A DNA stretch of 26,422 nt, from positions 1-26,422 of the forward strand of contig SCQK01000016.1 of the NCBI GenBank assembly GCA_004321885.1, read 5' to 3'. The DNA is from Patescibacteria group bacterium (lineage in GTDB: Bacteria > Patescibacteriota > Patescibacteriia > Magasanikbacterales > GWA2-37-8). The notes below the pieces were generated by a model that had not been told where the DNA came from, did no database searches, and was given only the letters and a program-made list of their open reading frames with translations. The position numbers were made by a program, and so were the translations under genes. Below are positions 9,435 through 17,802 of the stretch, one piece after another; the first letter of the stretch is position 1, and each line of letters begins with the position of its first letter.

Positions 9435-9630
9435 ACAAAAACAATGCCTTTTTAGGGGCTGATAGTTAAAAAGATTATGCTACTCGCGCAGGGTCTGCAT
9501 GAAAATTGGCACCGCGTATAGCCCGCGTGGGGCGATACCGCAGTATTTTTGGCTTGTTACAGCCAAGAAACGACTTCCGCAACGCCCATTCGGCGAGCGG
9601 CAGTCAAACAGCGAAGATTGAAGTACCAAA

Positions 9631-9659
9631 ATGATACCTTATATTATAATATTTGTCAA
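9631..9659 (-). promoter_or_regulatory. candidate rpoB promoter with about 190-nt leader
   Basis: minus strand TTGACA - 17 nt - TATCAT; leader (9435-9625) contains several hairpins including TTGGCT-N6-AGCCAA motifs. Confidence 0.35.
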
Positions 9660-9783
9660 ATGTGAGAACGGTTTATTAAATTTGTCAAGGGGTGCGCGTT
9701 ACTCGGCTAATTTTAGCCAAAAAACTCCACTGAACCAAAACATTTCCAAAAAGTTATCCACAGGTTATCCGCACCTATATTTT

Positions 9784-10443
9784 TTAAATTTCCACTTCTG
9801 TTTCCGCACCTTCCCGGGCTTTCAATAAATCTTTGGGGGTAATGTGTTGAAAATTCCGCTCCGCGTCTTTGGCTGATTTTTTCAATTCTGTAGAGTATTC
9901 CTTGCTTCTGTCCGCGTGTTCTCCTTTACCAGCGGTCGGTTTTTTGCTCCCAACTGTCTTGCCTCCCTTTTTCCCACCTTCAATATCCATGTTTGGTATT
10001 TTATAAACAGGGAGGATTTCCACTGCCCCGTTGCTTCCATTAACAAATGCCACATCCATCCCTTGCTCAAGCAACAACTTTCTGATTCCTCTAATTTGAG
10101 CGGCGATTTGGTCTGGAGACAACTGCCTGCTCTCCGCGTCTTTTAACGTTTCACTCCAAGCTGTTCGCGTTTCCCTAATGCCTTTCTTAGCTCCCCTGTC
10201 ATAACCGGCATCATAAACCGCTTTCAGCTTCGCCTGTCCGGTTTTTTTCTCTAAATTCACTCCCACAAGTTCGCCGCCGGTAAAGGTAGTGGCGGCAAGA
10301 AGACCTGTCACAATGCCCTTTTTAACTTTACCGCTTTTTTTGTCCCCCCTTGATTCCGGATTAAATCCGCCGTTTTCTCGCCTCATAAAAAATAGATAAA
10401 AAATAATTGCTTGTATTGTATCAAATACGCTTGAAAAAAACAA
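9784..10443 (-). CDS. hypothetical protein, hydrophobic N-terminus then Lys/Gly-rich
   Basis: 219-aa ORF from TTG at 10443 (alternative ATG at 10386); no SD; N-terminal MFFSSVFDTIQAIIFYLFF looks like a membrane anchor; no recognisable domain. Confidence 0.45.
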   Translation of the reverse strand: MFFSSVFDTIQAIIFYLFFMRRENGGFNPESRGDKKSGKVKKGIVTGLLAATTFTGGELVGVNLEKKTGQAKLKAVYDAGYDRGAKKGIRETRTAWSETLKDAESRQLSPDQIAAQIRGIRKLLLEQGMDVAFVNGSNGAVEILPVYKIPNMDIEGGKKGGKTVGSKKPTAGKGEHADRSKEYSTELKKSAKDAERNFQHITPKDLLKAREGAETEVEI

Positions 10444-10639
10444 ACGGGTGCGATGGGTTGCTTAAACAACTATTCGGCTGTAAAATACTGACGTATTTTA
10501 AATAAAATTCTATGCCTCGAGAAACAGGCGGCTACGCACCGCCGGAAGCGCAAGCGATAACAAGCGGTAAAAAAATCAACAGTTTTTCCGCAAGCAAGCC
10601 AGAGACCGCGCCGAAGATTTTGTTGAAAGCGGCGGCTTA

Positions 10640-11122
10640 TTGGAAAAAATAAAAAGGGGAGACGCGGTTGCCTATATCGGCACTGGTTCCGGACACGTTC
10701 CGCAATTTATTGAGGAACAAACCGGAGCGAAGATATTTAAATTTGACCTGGCAAATTTGCGGACGCCTGATACAAAGGACAATAAATTCGCGCTGGCCAA
10801 TGCCCGCCATTTGCCGCTGGCCGATTCGTCGTTGGACGTGGTTTGCTTGTTTGATGTGTTGCACCACACGAAAAATCAAGAGCAAATTTTGAGTGAAGCG
10901 CGTCGGGTACTTCGGCCCGGTGGAAAATTATTACTGCTCGAAGATACTTTGCCCGAAGAAATCAACATCGCGAGCGGAGTTAAAAAAACTAAAGCGAAAG
11001 CTAAAAAATGGTTGGTAGGAAAAATGGATGATTTGTTTAATCTGCAATCAAAAAGCGTGAACCCGCATAATTTTATCATGCGATTTCTGACTGGGAAATT
11101 ATGCTTCACGAAGCTGGCTTGA
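10640..11122 (+). CDS. class I SAM-dependent methyltransferase (Methyltransf_11-like), apparently N-terminally short
   Basis: motif I VAYIGTGSGH at residues 9-18. The later block LPLADSSLDVVCLFDVLHH...RVLRPGGKLLLLE is typical of UbiE/type-11 MTases. Only a TTG start is available and nothing precedes motif I. Confidence 0.65.
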   Translation: MEKIKRGDAVAYIGTGSGHVPQFIEEQTGAKIFKFDLANLRTPDTKDNKFALANARHLPLADSSLDVVCLFDVLHHTKNQEQILSEARRVLRPGGKLLLLEDTLPEEINIASGVKKTKAKAKKWLVGKMDDLFNLQSKSVNPHNFIMRFLTGKLCFTKLA

Positions 11123-11269
11123 CTGTAAACGCGCGAGACACAAAAAGTTGGCAGTGGGGTATCAAAGATTTTATTTCCAAAGATAAAAAAGGGGCAAGGG
11201 CTAAACGGCCAAACAAACCGACAATGGGTTCGCCATTTCAAGCTACTCTTTTTGAAGGAATCAAACCTC

Positions 11270-11312
11270 TTGAAACAAAAAACATCCCGACTAAGTCGGG
11301 ATGTTTTATTAT
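11270..11312. terminator. bidirectional intrinsic terminator hairpin
   Basis: A-run, stem aacatcccg/cgggatgtt with loop actaagt, T-run. Confidence 0.4.
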
Positions 11313-11395
11313 TGAAGTTTCCTCGGCCTCCGCAGGCGTAAACAATTTTACGACTACGGAGGGTGGCCGAAGAACTACAGGCCGAGAAAGTGGCG

Positions 11396-11563
11396 CTACC
11401 AGACGCACCACCAGGGGCGCTTGAGCGGCAGGCTGGACGGCCGACCGCCAAGACAGATGTTCAGAACATACAACGCCCTGAACGCGAGGGGCAGGAAAAA
11501 CAACGCGAGGGCGGCCAGCGCTAGAAGCGCCAGCACGCCAAAAACCACAAAGAGCATTATCAT
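11396..11563 (-). CDS. possible small hydrophobic membrane peptide (55 aa)
   Basis: ATG at 11563; MIMLFVVFGVLALLALAALALFFLPLAFRALYVLNI...; preceded by TTGACA - 17 nt - TCTAAT on the minus strand; could be spurious. Confidence 0.2.
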   Translation of the reverse strand: MIMLFVVFGVLALLALAALALFFLPLAFRALYVLNICLGGRPSSLPLKRPWWCVW

Positions 11564-11607
11564 GCCTCAATTAGACCACAAAATCGCCCTTTTGTCAAGC
11601 CCTGTCC

Positions 11608-11636
11608 TTGACAAATTATTGTGTATAGTGTATAAT
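11608..11636 (+). promoter_or_regulatory. consensus sigma70 promoter of the wHTH-GHKL gene
   Basis: TTGACA(11608-13) - 17 nt - TATAAT(11631-36); ATG at 11657 gives a very short leader without SD. Confidence 0.7.
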
Positions 11637-11654
11637 ATATATACATTATACACT
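11627..11654 (+). promoter_or_regulatory. perfect 10-bp inverted repeat (operator-like) overlapping the -10 and the start of transcription
   Basis: AGTGTATAAT-atatatac-ATTATACACT, ending 2 nt before the ATG. Confidence 0.55.
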
Positions 11655-11656
11655 AT

Positions 11657-12424
11657 ATGAAAACGGCTACACAAAGCCAAATTCTAAATTACATACGCTC
11701 AAAAAAAGGTGCGGGGGCGCGTGAGATAATAAAACAAACCGGCAAGTACCCCACCGGTATTTTTCGCCATCTCAAAAATTTGCTGGCGGCAAACAAAATT
11801 TATAAGATTGGCAATATGCCCAGAGCGAGGTATTATGCCTTTGTTGAAAATACTAATATGACAAGCGAAAATCTTGCCAAGGCCATAAATTGGGCCGCGA
11901 CAGGTGATAGTAATTTAGTTACGCCCGATATTTTGTGCCAAACCCGCGATGTTTTCCAGGCGCGCGCGGATCATCTCGCCAAAGATTTAAAGCGAATAAT
12001 CAAAGACGATGACCTGATTTATCTTTTGATAGCCGCCGCTGATGAAATTGGAAACAATTCTTTTGATCATAATATTGGCCGCTGGCAGGATGTCCCCGGC
12101 GTGTTTTTTCAAATGAAAGAAGGTGAACGCGAAATGATTTTTGCCGACCGCGGACAAGGCGTGTTGGCCACCATCAGCGGAGTCAGACCTGATATTAAAG
12201 GTTCTGCCGACGCTTTGCGGGTAGCATTCACCGAGATTATTTCCGGCCGCGCGCCCGAGAAAAGAGGCAACGGACTTAAACTTGTGAAAAAAATAATCGT
12301 GGAAAATAATTTGTATCTAGAATTTTATAGCGGCAACGCCAAGGCAGTAATAGAAACGCCGGATTTAAGGATAGAAAAATCTGAAATAAACATAACAGGA
12401 ACTGTCGTGTATCTTAAATTTTAA
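11657..12424 (+). CDS. winged-helix DNA-binding domain fused to GHKL (HATPase_c) ATPase, RsbW/SpoIIAB-like
   Basis: N-terminal wHTH-like segment (QILNYIRSKKGAGAREIIKQTG...IFRHLKNLLAANKIYKIG); C-terminal N-box AADEIGNNSFDHN, G1 box ADRGQG, G2 box GNGLKLV. Confidence 0.75.
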   Translation: MKTATQSQILNYIRSKKGAGAREIIKQTGKYPTGIFRHLKNLLAANKIYKIGNMPRARYYAFVENTNMTSENLAKAINWAATGDSNLVTPDILCQTRDVFQARADHLAKDLKRIIKDDDLIYLLIAAADEIGNNSFDHNIGRWQDVPGVFFQMKEGEREMIFADRGQGVLATISGVRPDIKGSADALRVAFTEIISGRAPEKRGNGLKLVKKIIVENNLYLEFYSGNAKAVIETPDLRIEKSEINITGTVVYLKF

Positions 12425-12455
12425 CTGAATTCCCGGTCGCTTGAGGCGACTGTGA

Positions 12456-12743
12456 ATGACAACTTGTATGAAATTAGAGCTAAAAAAATTCGGCACAATG
12501 CTATCCTCGCGGCCAGCCGGTAAAGAAGCCTACCTTGGCGCTAAAGCATACACCCTGCCGAAAGAACCCAATGAAAAAATTGACGTGGATTTTTCTGGCG
12601 TGCAGGTACTCACCCCTTCCTGGGCCGATGAATTTATCACCCCGCTTTTGCGTGATTACCCCGGGCGGGTGATTTTGCTGCCCTCGGACAATGCCACGGT
12701 AAAAGCGGCGCTGGAGATTATCGGGGTGATAAAAGAAAAATAA
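12456..12743 (+). CDS. DUF4325 (STAS-like) domain protein
   Basis: 95 aa; KFGTMLSSRPAGKE...IDVDFSGVQVLTPSWADEFITPLL matches the DUF4325 STAS-like pattern (DFsGVe..ssSFaDElf); SD GAGG 10 nt upstream; 31 nt after the GHKL gene. Confidence 0.65.
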   Translation: MTTCMKLELKKFGTMLSSRPAGKEAYLGAKAYTLPKEPNEKIDVDFSGVQVLTPSWADEFITPLLRDYPGRVILLPSDNATVKAALEIIGVIKEK

Positions 12744-12753
12744 TTATCAACAC

Positions 12754-12781
12754 TTGACACTGTTTTGGTTTAAGCTACAAT
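12754..12781 (+). promoter_or_regulatory. near-consensus sigma70 promoter with no CDS downstream
   Basis: TTGACA - 16 nt - TACAAT. Confidence 0.55.
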
Positions 12782-12788
12782 AAAGTAT

Positions 12789-13010
12789 CGGATAATTTTT
12801 CTTCAATAACTTTCTCTGCACCGAGCTGCGCAAGAGTCGATGTCTTGACCGGATCGGATTTTTTGGAAACAATCTCTCTCCTCTCCTGAACTTACTTTTT
12901 AGTATGTTCGGAGAGCGTTTTCAAAATTCGGTTCGTAAGCTAAAACATGCGCCTCTTGCCGCAGCTCGGTGCAGAGAAAAAAAACAGCGCGCCGTTGGCG
13001 CGCCTTTTTT
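12789..13010 (+). ncRNA. candidate structured small RNA (unknown family; 6S-like closing stem)
   Basis: promoter at 12754-81, a 23/24-bp long-range stem (12814-12836 pairs with 12953-12976) enclosing about 115 nt with internal hairpins, then a rho-independent terminator; no ORF with SD in the interval. Confidence 0.3.
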
Positions 13011-13014
13011 GTTT
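12977..13014. terminator. bidirectional intrinsic terminator
   Basis: aaaaaaaaca - GCGCGCC gtt GGCGCGC - cttttttgttt. Confidence 0.65.
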
Positions 13015-13032
13015 ATGATATAATTATGAAAT

Positions 13033-15336
13033 ATGCCCCGACCTCGCATATACAGGCGAACGCACAAACCTCGCTTTAGTTTGAATCTCAATCCCGACAT
13101 CAGCCGCGGGCTGATTTCCATTTTCCTCTTTATCGTGGGCGGGGTATCGGCGCTGGCCTTTTTCCACCTGGCCGGCGTGGCCGGCGAATTCATAGATTCG
13201 CTTCTCGCCATTTCTTTCGGCCAGGTGCGCTATGTTTTTCCCATCATTCTCATCTTGGTCGGCATCCTCACCCTCAAAGATTTGCGTTACGAATACCGGC
13301 CCACGCACTGGCTGGGCTCCCTGCTTTTCTTTTTAAGCTTCAACGCCCTGGTGCATCTGCAAACACCTGTTTTGGAAATGAAAGACACTGCCCTGCAAGG
13401 CTATGGCGGCGGGCTGGTCGGGTTGGCGCTGGCCTGGCCCCTCGCGACCTATGTGGGCTATTGGGGCGGATTGGTTATTTTAATCGGTCTTGTGCTGGCC
13501 TCGGTAATTTTCCTGTTCAACACCTCGCTGGCGCGCATCGTGGGCCTGCATCGTCAATTTTTTTTCGTGCTGGGCTGGTTTGGCCGGCAGGTCATCGCTT
13601 TTTTCGCCCTTTTCAAAAGACCGGCCAGGGTAAAATTTAAAATCAACGGCGAATACGAAGAACAAAACGAGGAAGAAGCAGAAGACGAAACACAACCAGA
13701 CCCGGAAGATGAAAAAAGGATATTCAAACAGCGCGTCATTGCCAAGCAAGAAGAAAACGAGGTCATCTCGGCTGAAAAAGAAAAAACTGAAGAAAAAATG
13801 GAAGTGACTAGGCCCAAGCCGGTTATTCGCGATTTGCCGCCTCTGAACTTATTATATATTTCCAAAAGCAAACCCACTTCGGGCGACATAAAAAGCAACG
13901 CTGAGGTTATCCGCGACACTTTATTCAATTTCGGCATGGAAGTTGAGATGGGCGAGGTGCGCGTGGGTCCGACTGTTACGCAATATTCCCTTAAACCGGC
14001 CAAAGGCATCAAGCTGAATCGCATTACCGCCTTGAGTAATGACTTGGCTTTGGCTTTAGCCGCCCACCCCATTCGCATTGAGGCCCCTATCCCGGGCAAA
14101 TCACTGGTGGGCATTGAAGTGCCAAATCAAAAAGTGGCTATGGTTACTTTGCGCGAACTGCTGGAAAGCCAGGAATACAAAGCCAGCGATAACCCCATGA
14201 AAATCGCCTTAGGCAAAGACGTGGCCGGCAAGGTCTGGTTCGGCGACTTGCCCAAAATGCCCCACTTGCTCATTGCTGGCGCCACGGGCTCAGGCAAAAC
14301 TGTGTGCATCAACACCATTTTGCTTTCTTTACTTTACCAAAACACGGCCGAAACCCTGCGCCTTATAATGGTAGACCCGAAACGGGTGGAGCTCACCATG
14401 TACAACGGCATTCCGCACCTGCTCACGCCGGTAATCACCGACGCGGCTAAAACCGTAAACGCCTTAAAGTGGACCATCGGCGAAATGGACCGGCGCTTTA
14501 CGCTTTTATCCGAGAGCGGAAATCGCGATATCAATTCCTACAATCGCACGGCCGATGAGCCTTTGCCTCACATTATCTTTGCCATAGACGAGCTGGCCGA
14601 CCTGATGGCCATGGCCGCCAGCGACGTGGAAGCCGGCATCATCCGCATCGCCCAGATGGCGCGCGCCGTGGGCATCCACTTGCTGGTGGCCACCCAGCGC
14701 CCGAGCGTGGAAGTCATCACCGGCCTGATGAAAGCCAATATTCCGGCGCGCATAGCGTTTTCAGTGGCAAGCCTCATTGACTCGCGCACCATCCTTGACT
14801 GCCCGGGCGCGGAAAAATTGCTCGGCCGCGGCGACATGCTGTTTTTAACCGCCGAACTCACCAAGCCCAAACGTTTGCAGGGCGCCTTTGTGTCCGAAGA
14901 AGAAATGAAACGGGTGATAGACCACTTAAAAGGCGACGAGCCGCCGGTTTACGACGACTCCATTGTTTCCAAAAACGCCGAAGTTAAATTCGGAAGCACG
15001 GTAAACATGTTCGGCGGTCCGGGCGACGATGTTGACCCGCTTTTTGAAGACGCCAAAAAAATCGTGCTTGATTCGGGCAAAGCCAGCGCCTCGCTTTTGC
15101 AAAGATTTTTGAAACTGGGCTATGCCCGCGCCGCGCGCCTGCTTGACCAATTGGAAGAAGCTGGTATAGTAGGGCCGGCCGACGGCGCCAAACCGCGCGA
15201 GGTCTTTGGGGAATATTTTTCGGCCGAAAGCGAACTGCCTGAACCAATTGAGAAACCGGAACCGGACAAAGAACTGCCGGCCGAAGAACAAACCATGGAC
15301 GCGGGCGGGACCGTGTTTGACGAAGAAACAAAATAA
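13033..15336 (+). CDS. ftsK: DNA translocase FtsK/SpoIIIE
   Basis: 767 aa; N-terminal TM helices, Walker A GATGSGKT, VATQRPSVEVITG, C-terminal gamma wHTH (SASLLQRFLKLGYARAARLLDQLEEAGIVGP). Confidence 0.95.
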   Translation: MPRPRIYRRTHKPRFSLNLNPDISRGLISIFLFIVGGVSALAFFHLAGVAGEFIDSLLAISFGQVRYVFPIILILVGILTLKDLRYEYRPTHWLGSLLFFLSFNALVHLQTPVLEMKDTALQGYGGGLVGLALAWPLATYVGYWGGLVILIGLVLASVIFLFNTSLARIVGLHRQFFFVLGWFGRQVIAFFALFKRPARVKFKINGEYEEQNEEEAEDETQPDPEDEKRIFKQRVIAKQEENEVISAEKEKTEEKMEVTRPKPVIRDLPPLNLLYISKSKPTSGDIKSNAEVIRDTLFNFGMEVEMGEVRVGPTVTQYSLKPAKGIKLNRITALSNDLALALAAHPIRIEAPIPGKSLVGIEVPNQKVAMVTLRELLESQEYKASDNPMKIALGKDVAGKVWFGDLPKMPHLLIAGATGSGKTVCINTILLSLLYQNTAETLRLIMVDPKRVELTMYNGIPHLLTPVITDAAKTVNALKWTIGEMDRRFTLLSESGNRDINSYNRTADEPLPHIIFAIDELADLMAMAASDVEAGIIRIAQMARAVGIHLLVATQRPSVEVITGLMKANIPARIAFSVASLIDSRTILDCPGAEKLLGRGDMLFLTAELTKPKRLQGAFVSEEEMKRVIDHLKGDEPPVYDDSIVSKNAEVKFGSTVNMFGGPGDDVDPLFEDAKKIVLDSGKASASLLQRFLKLGYARAARLLDQLEEAGIVGPADGAKPREVFGEYFSAESELPEPIEKPEPDKELPAEEQTMDAGGTVFDEETK

Positions 15337-15349
15337 TACCCCTGCCCAG

Positions 15350-15388
15350 CCTTCCCCTTGTTTAAGGGGGAGGAACAGGAGGGGGTAA
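15350..15388 (+). repeat. copy C of 38-bp repeat; its 3' GGAGG serves as SD of the next gene
   Basis: ccttcccc-ttgttta-agggggagg-aacag-gagggggta followed by aactATG. Confidence 0.85.
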
Positions 15389-15391
15389 ACT

Positions 15392-16069
15392 ATGGCGATT
15401 TTTTGCCGCAAAAAAATGGAGCCCCCGCGCACCGCCAGCGCCGCCCTCAAAAAAGCGCGCGCCGACAGACAGCTTTCTTTGGAGGCCGTCGCCGCGCAAA
15501 CTCACATCGCCATTAAATACCTGGAAGCCATTGAAAACAACGACTGCGACGCCCTGCCCCAAACCAAAGCTCACTGTCTGGCCTATGTACGCTCGTTTGC
15601 CGCGGCCGTGGGCCTTAATCCCGACGCGCTGACGCGCAAATTTGACAAAGAAGCCAATTTGGAAAATTTATCTGCGGTCCATCCGGCCAAACATTTAAAA
15701 ATTAAAAGCGGCGCCATCAGCATGCTGGCCAAAGCCGCCGTAGCCGGCGCCATGGTCTTGGCCGTGCTGGGTTATTTGAGCTGGCAGATATACGGCATTC
15801 TCCAACCGCCCAAACTATCCGTGCATTCGCCGGCCGAAGGCATGATTACTGGCCAGCTTTCCATAATAGTCAAAGGCGAAACCCAAAAAGAAATCAAACT
15901 CACCGTAAACGGACAGGAAATAATGGTAAGCGAGCAGGGAATCTTTGAAGCGCCCGTGGACTTGTCAAACGGGCTTAACACCATTAATATAGTGGCTACC
16001 AAAAAGCACGGCAAAACGACCACGGTAACGCGACATGTGATAGTGAATTCTCTCGGTTTTAGAAATTAA
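15392..16069 (+). CDS. rodZ: RodZ-like cytoskeleton protein (XRE-type HTH, TM segment, DUF4115-like C-terminal domain)
   Basis: [33 protein letters not shown]; [21 protein letters not shown]; beta-rich C-terminus; AGGAGG 9 nt upstream of ATG. Confidence 0.65.
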   Translation: MAIFCRKKMEPPRTASAALKKARADRQLSLEAVAAQTHIAIKYLEAIENNDCDALPQTKAHCLAYVRSFAAAVGLNPDALTRKFDKEANLENLSAVHPAKHLKIKSGAISMLAKAAVAGAMVLAVLGYLSWQIYGILQPPKLSVHSPAEGMITGQLSIIVKGETQKEIKLTVNGQEIMVSEQGIFEAPVDLSNGLNTINIVATKKHGKTTTVTRHVIVNSLGFRN

Positions 16070-16082
16070 AAAATTAAAAATT

Positions 16083-17135
16083 ATGGCAAAGGTATCCGAG
16101 GAGGTAAAGGAGAAACTGAAAGCGGCCGAAAGCGCCATTGAACAAATCAAGACCAAGTTCGGCGACGGCGCTATCATGAAATTCGGCGAGGCTCATACCA
16201 TGCAGGTGGACGCTGTGCCGACCGGTTGTCTGTCTCTTGATATCGCGCTGGGGGTCAAGGGGGTGCCGCGCGGCCGGGTGATAGAAATCTACGGCCCCGA
16301 GGCCTCGGGTAAAACCACTCTGGCCCAGCATATTGTGGCCGAGGTGCAAAAACTGGGCGGCATTGCCGCGTTCGTGGACGCCGAACACGCCCTGGACCCT
16401 GATTACGCGCGCAAAATCGGGGTGAAAGTGGATGAACTTTTAATTTCCCAGCCCGATACCGGCGAACAGGCGCTGGATATTGTGGAAACTCTGGTGCGCA
16501 GTAACGCCGTGGACATCATCGTGATTGACTCGGTGGCCGCGCTGGTGCCCAAGGCCGAAATAGAAGGCGAGATGGGTGATTCACACATGGGTCTGCAAGC
16601 GCGCCTGATGAGCCAAGCCCTGCGCAAACTCACCGGCATTATCAGCAAATCCAAAACCGTGGTAATTTTTATCAACCAGACGCGCATGAAAATCGGCGTG
16701 TACTTTGGCAATCCGGAAACCACCACCGGCGGCATGGCCTTAAAATTTTATTCGTCCGTTCGCATTGAAGTGCGCCGCGCCGCGCAAATCAAACAGGCCG
16801 AGAGAATCATCGGCAACCGCGTCAAAGTGAAAGTGGTGAAAAACAAGGTGGCCCCGCCCTTCCGCACCTGCGAATTTGATATCATGTACAACGAGGGCAT
16901 CTCGCTCTCGGGCGATTTGCTGGACAACGGCGTGCTCTACAAGGTGGTAAATAAATCCGGCAATACCTACGAATTCGGCGAGGAAAAGCTGGGCGTGGGA
17001 CGCGAAGCCGCCAAAAAATACCTGAAAGACACCCCAAAACTAACGGAAAAAATCCGCCAGGCAATCTGGGAAGCGGTGGAAAAAGGCGAAGCCCCCGAAG
17101 AGGAAGAGGCTGTCCCGCCTCCGGCCGAAGAATAA
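16083..17135 (+). CDS. recA: recombinase RecA
   Basis: 350 aa; [11 protein letters not shown] Walker [20 protein letters not shown], acidic C-terminal tail. Confidence 0.97.
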   Translation: MAKVSEEVKEKLKAAESAIEQIKTKFGDGAIMKFGEAHTMQVDAVPTGCLSLDIALGVKGVPRGRVIEIYGPEASGKTTLAQHIVAEVQKLGGIAAFVDAEHALDPDYARKIGVKVDELLISQPDTGEQALDIVETLVRSNAVDIIVIDSVAALVPKAEIEGEMGDSHMGLQARLMSQALRKLTGIISKSKTVVIFINQTRMKIGVYFGNPETTTGGMALKFYSSVRIEVRRAAQIKQAERIIGNRVKVKVVKNKVAPPFRTCEFDIMYNEGISLSGDLLDNGVLYKVVNKSGNTYEFGEEKLGVGREAAKKYLKDTPKLTEKIRQAIWEAVEKGEAPEEEEAVPPPAEE

Positions 17136-17146
17136 TATTTTTAGGT

Positions 17147-17557
17147 TTAATTTGTTTCGGTTTCTTTCACTATCCTTCTATCATCAAACATCAACACCAA
17201 AAATATCAGCACGCTGGACGCGATAGATAGAATATAGAAGCCCACGCCCACGGCCATGCCGATGGCGGCCGTCATCCACAAGCCGGCGGCCGTGGTCAGG
17301 CCTTCCACGCGCGTTTCTTTGTGCAAAATCGTGCCCGCGCCCAAAAAGCCGATGCCGGTAACAATCTGCGCGGCCACGCGCGCGATGTCGGCGCCGAAAG
17401 AGTTTACCGACAAGATGGTAAAAAGCGCCGAACCGGCCGTTACCAGCGCGTAGGTGCGCAGACCGGCCCACTTGCCCGAATGGCCTCTTTGCCAGCCCAG
17501 AGCCGCGCCCAAAACCAGCGCCAACACCACTTGCCCGACCAAATATATTTGTTGCAT
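17147..17557 (-). CDS. MgtC/SapB family membrane protein
   Basis: 136 aa, 4 TM; WQRGHSGKWAGLRTYALVTAGSALF signature; SD GGAGG 9 nt upstream. Confidence 0.85.
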   Translation of the reverse strand: MQQIYLVGQVVLALVLGAALGWQRGHSGKWAGLRTYALVTAGSALFTILSVNSFGADIARVAAQIVTGIGFLGAGTILHKETRVEGLTTAAGLWMTAAIGMAVGVGFYILSIASSVLIFLVLMFDDRRIVKETETN

Positions 17558-17656
17558 ACTTTTATTTTCCTCCCCCTTTCAAAATTGTCATTCCAGCGAA
17601 AGCTGGAAGGGAACCCTTCGGGTTCGTAATCCAGGATATTATACCACTTCATCACG

Positions 17657-17692
17657 AACAAAAACAACCCCGACTAAGTCAGGGTTGTTTTT
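17657..17692. terminator. bidirectional terminator downstream of the tRNA cluster
   Basis: aaaaacaaccc-cgactaagtca-gggttgttttt. Confidence 0.5.
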
Positions 17693-17693
17693 G

Positions 17694-17767
17694 TCGGGCT
17701 GGTGGGACTCGGACCCACGACCTTCTGCTCCCAAAGCAGACGCGCTAGCCAACTGCGCTACAGCCCG
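17694..17767 (-). tRNA. tRNA-Pro (anticodon TGG)
   Basis: hand-folded cloverleaf: acceptor CGGGCTG/CAGCCCG, D-stem GCGC, anticodon stem TCTGC/GCAGA with loop TTTGGGA, T-arm GTGGG-TCCGAGT-CCCAC; no encoded CCA. Confidence 0.85.
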
Positions 17768-17802
17768 TTTTTGAACGCCCGCTGTTTAAAGCGGGCGTTA
17801 AG

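Noticed and set aside
11101-11424. 107-aa plus-strand ORF overlapping the MTase 3' end
   Set aside because: No SD, low-complexity Arg/Thr/Gly tail, and it spans a terminator hairpin, so it is likely non-coding.
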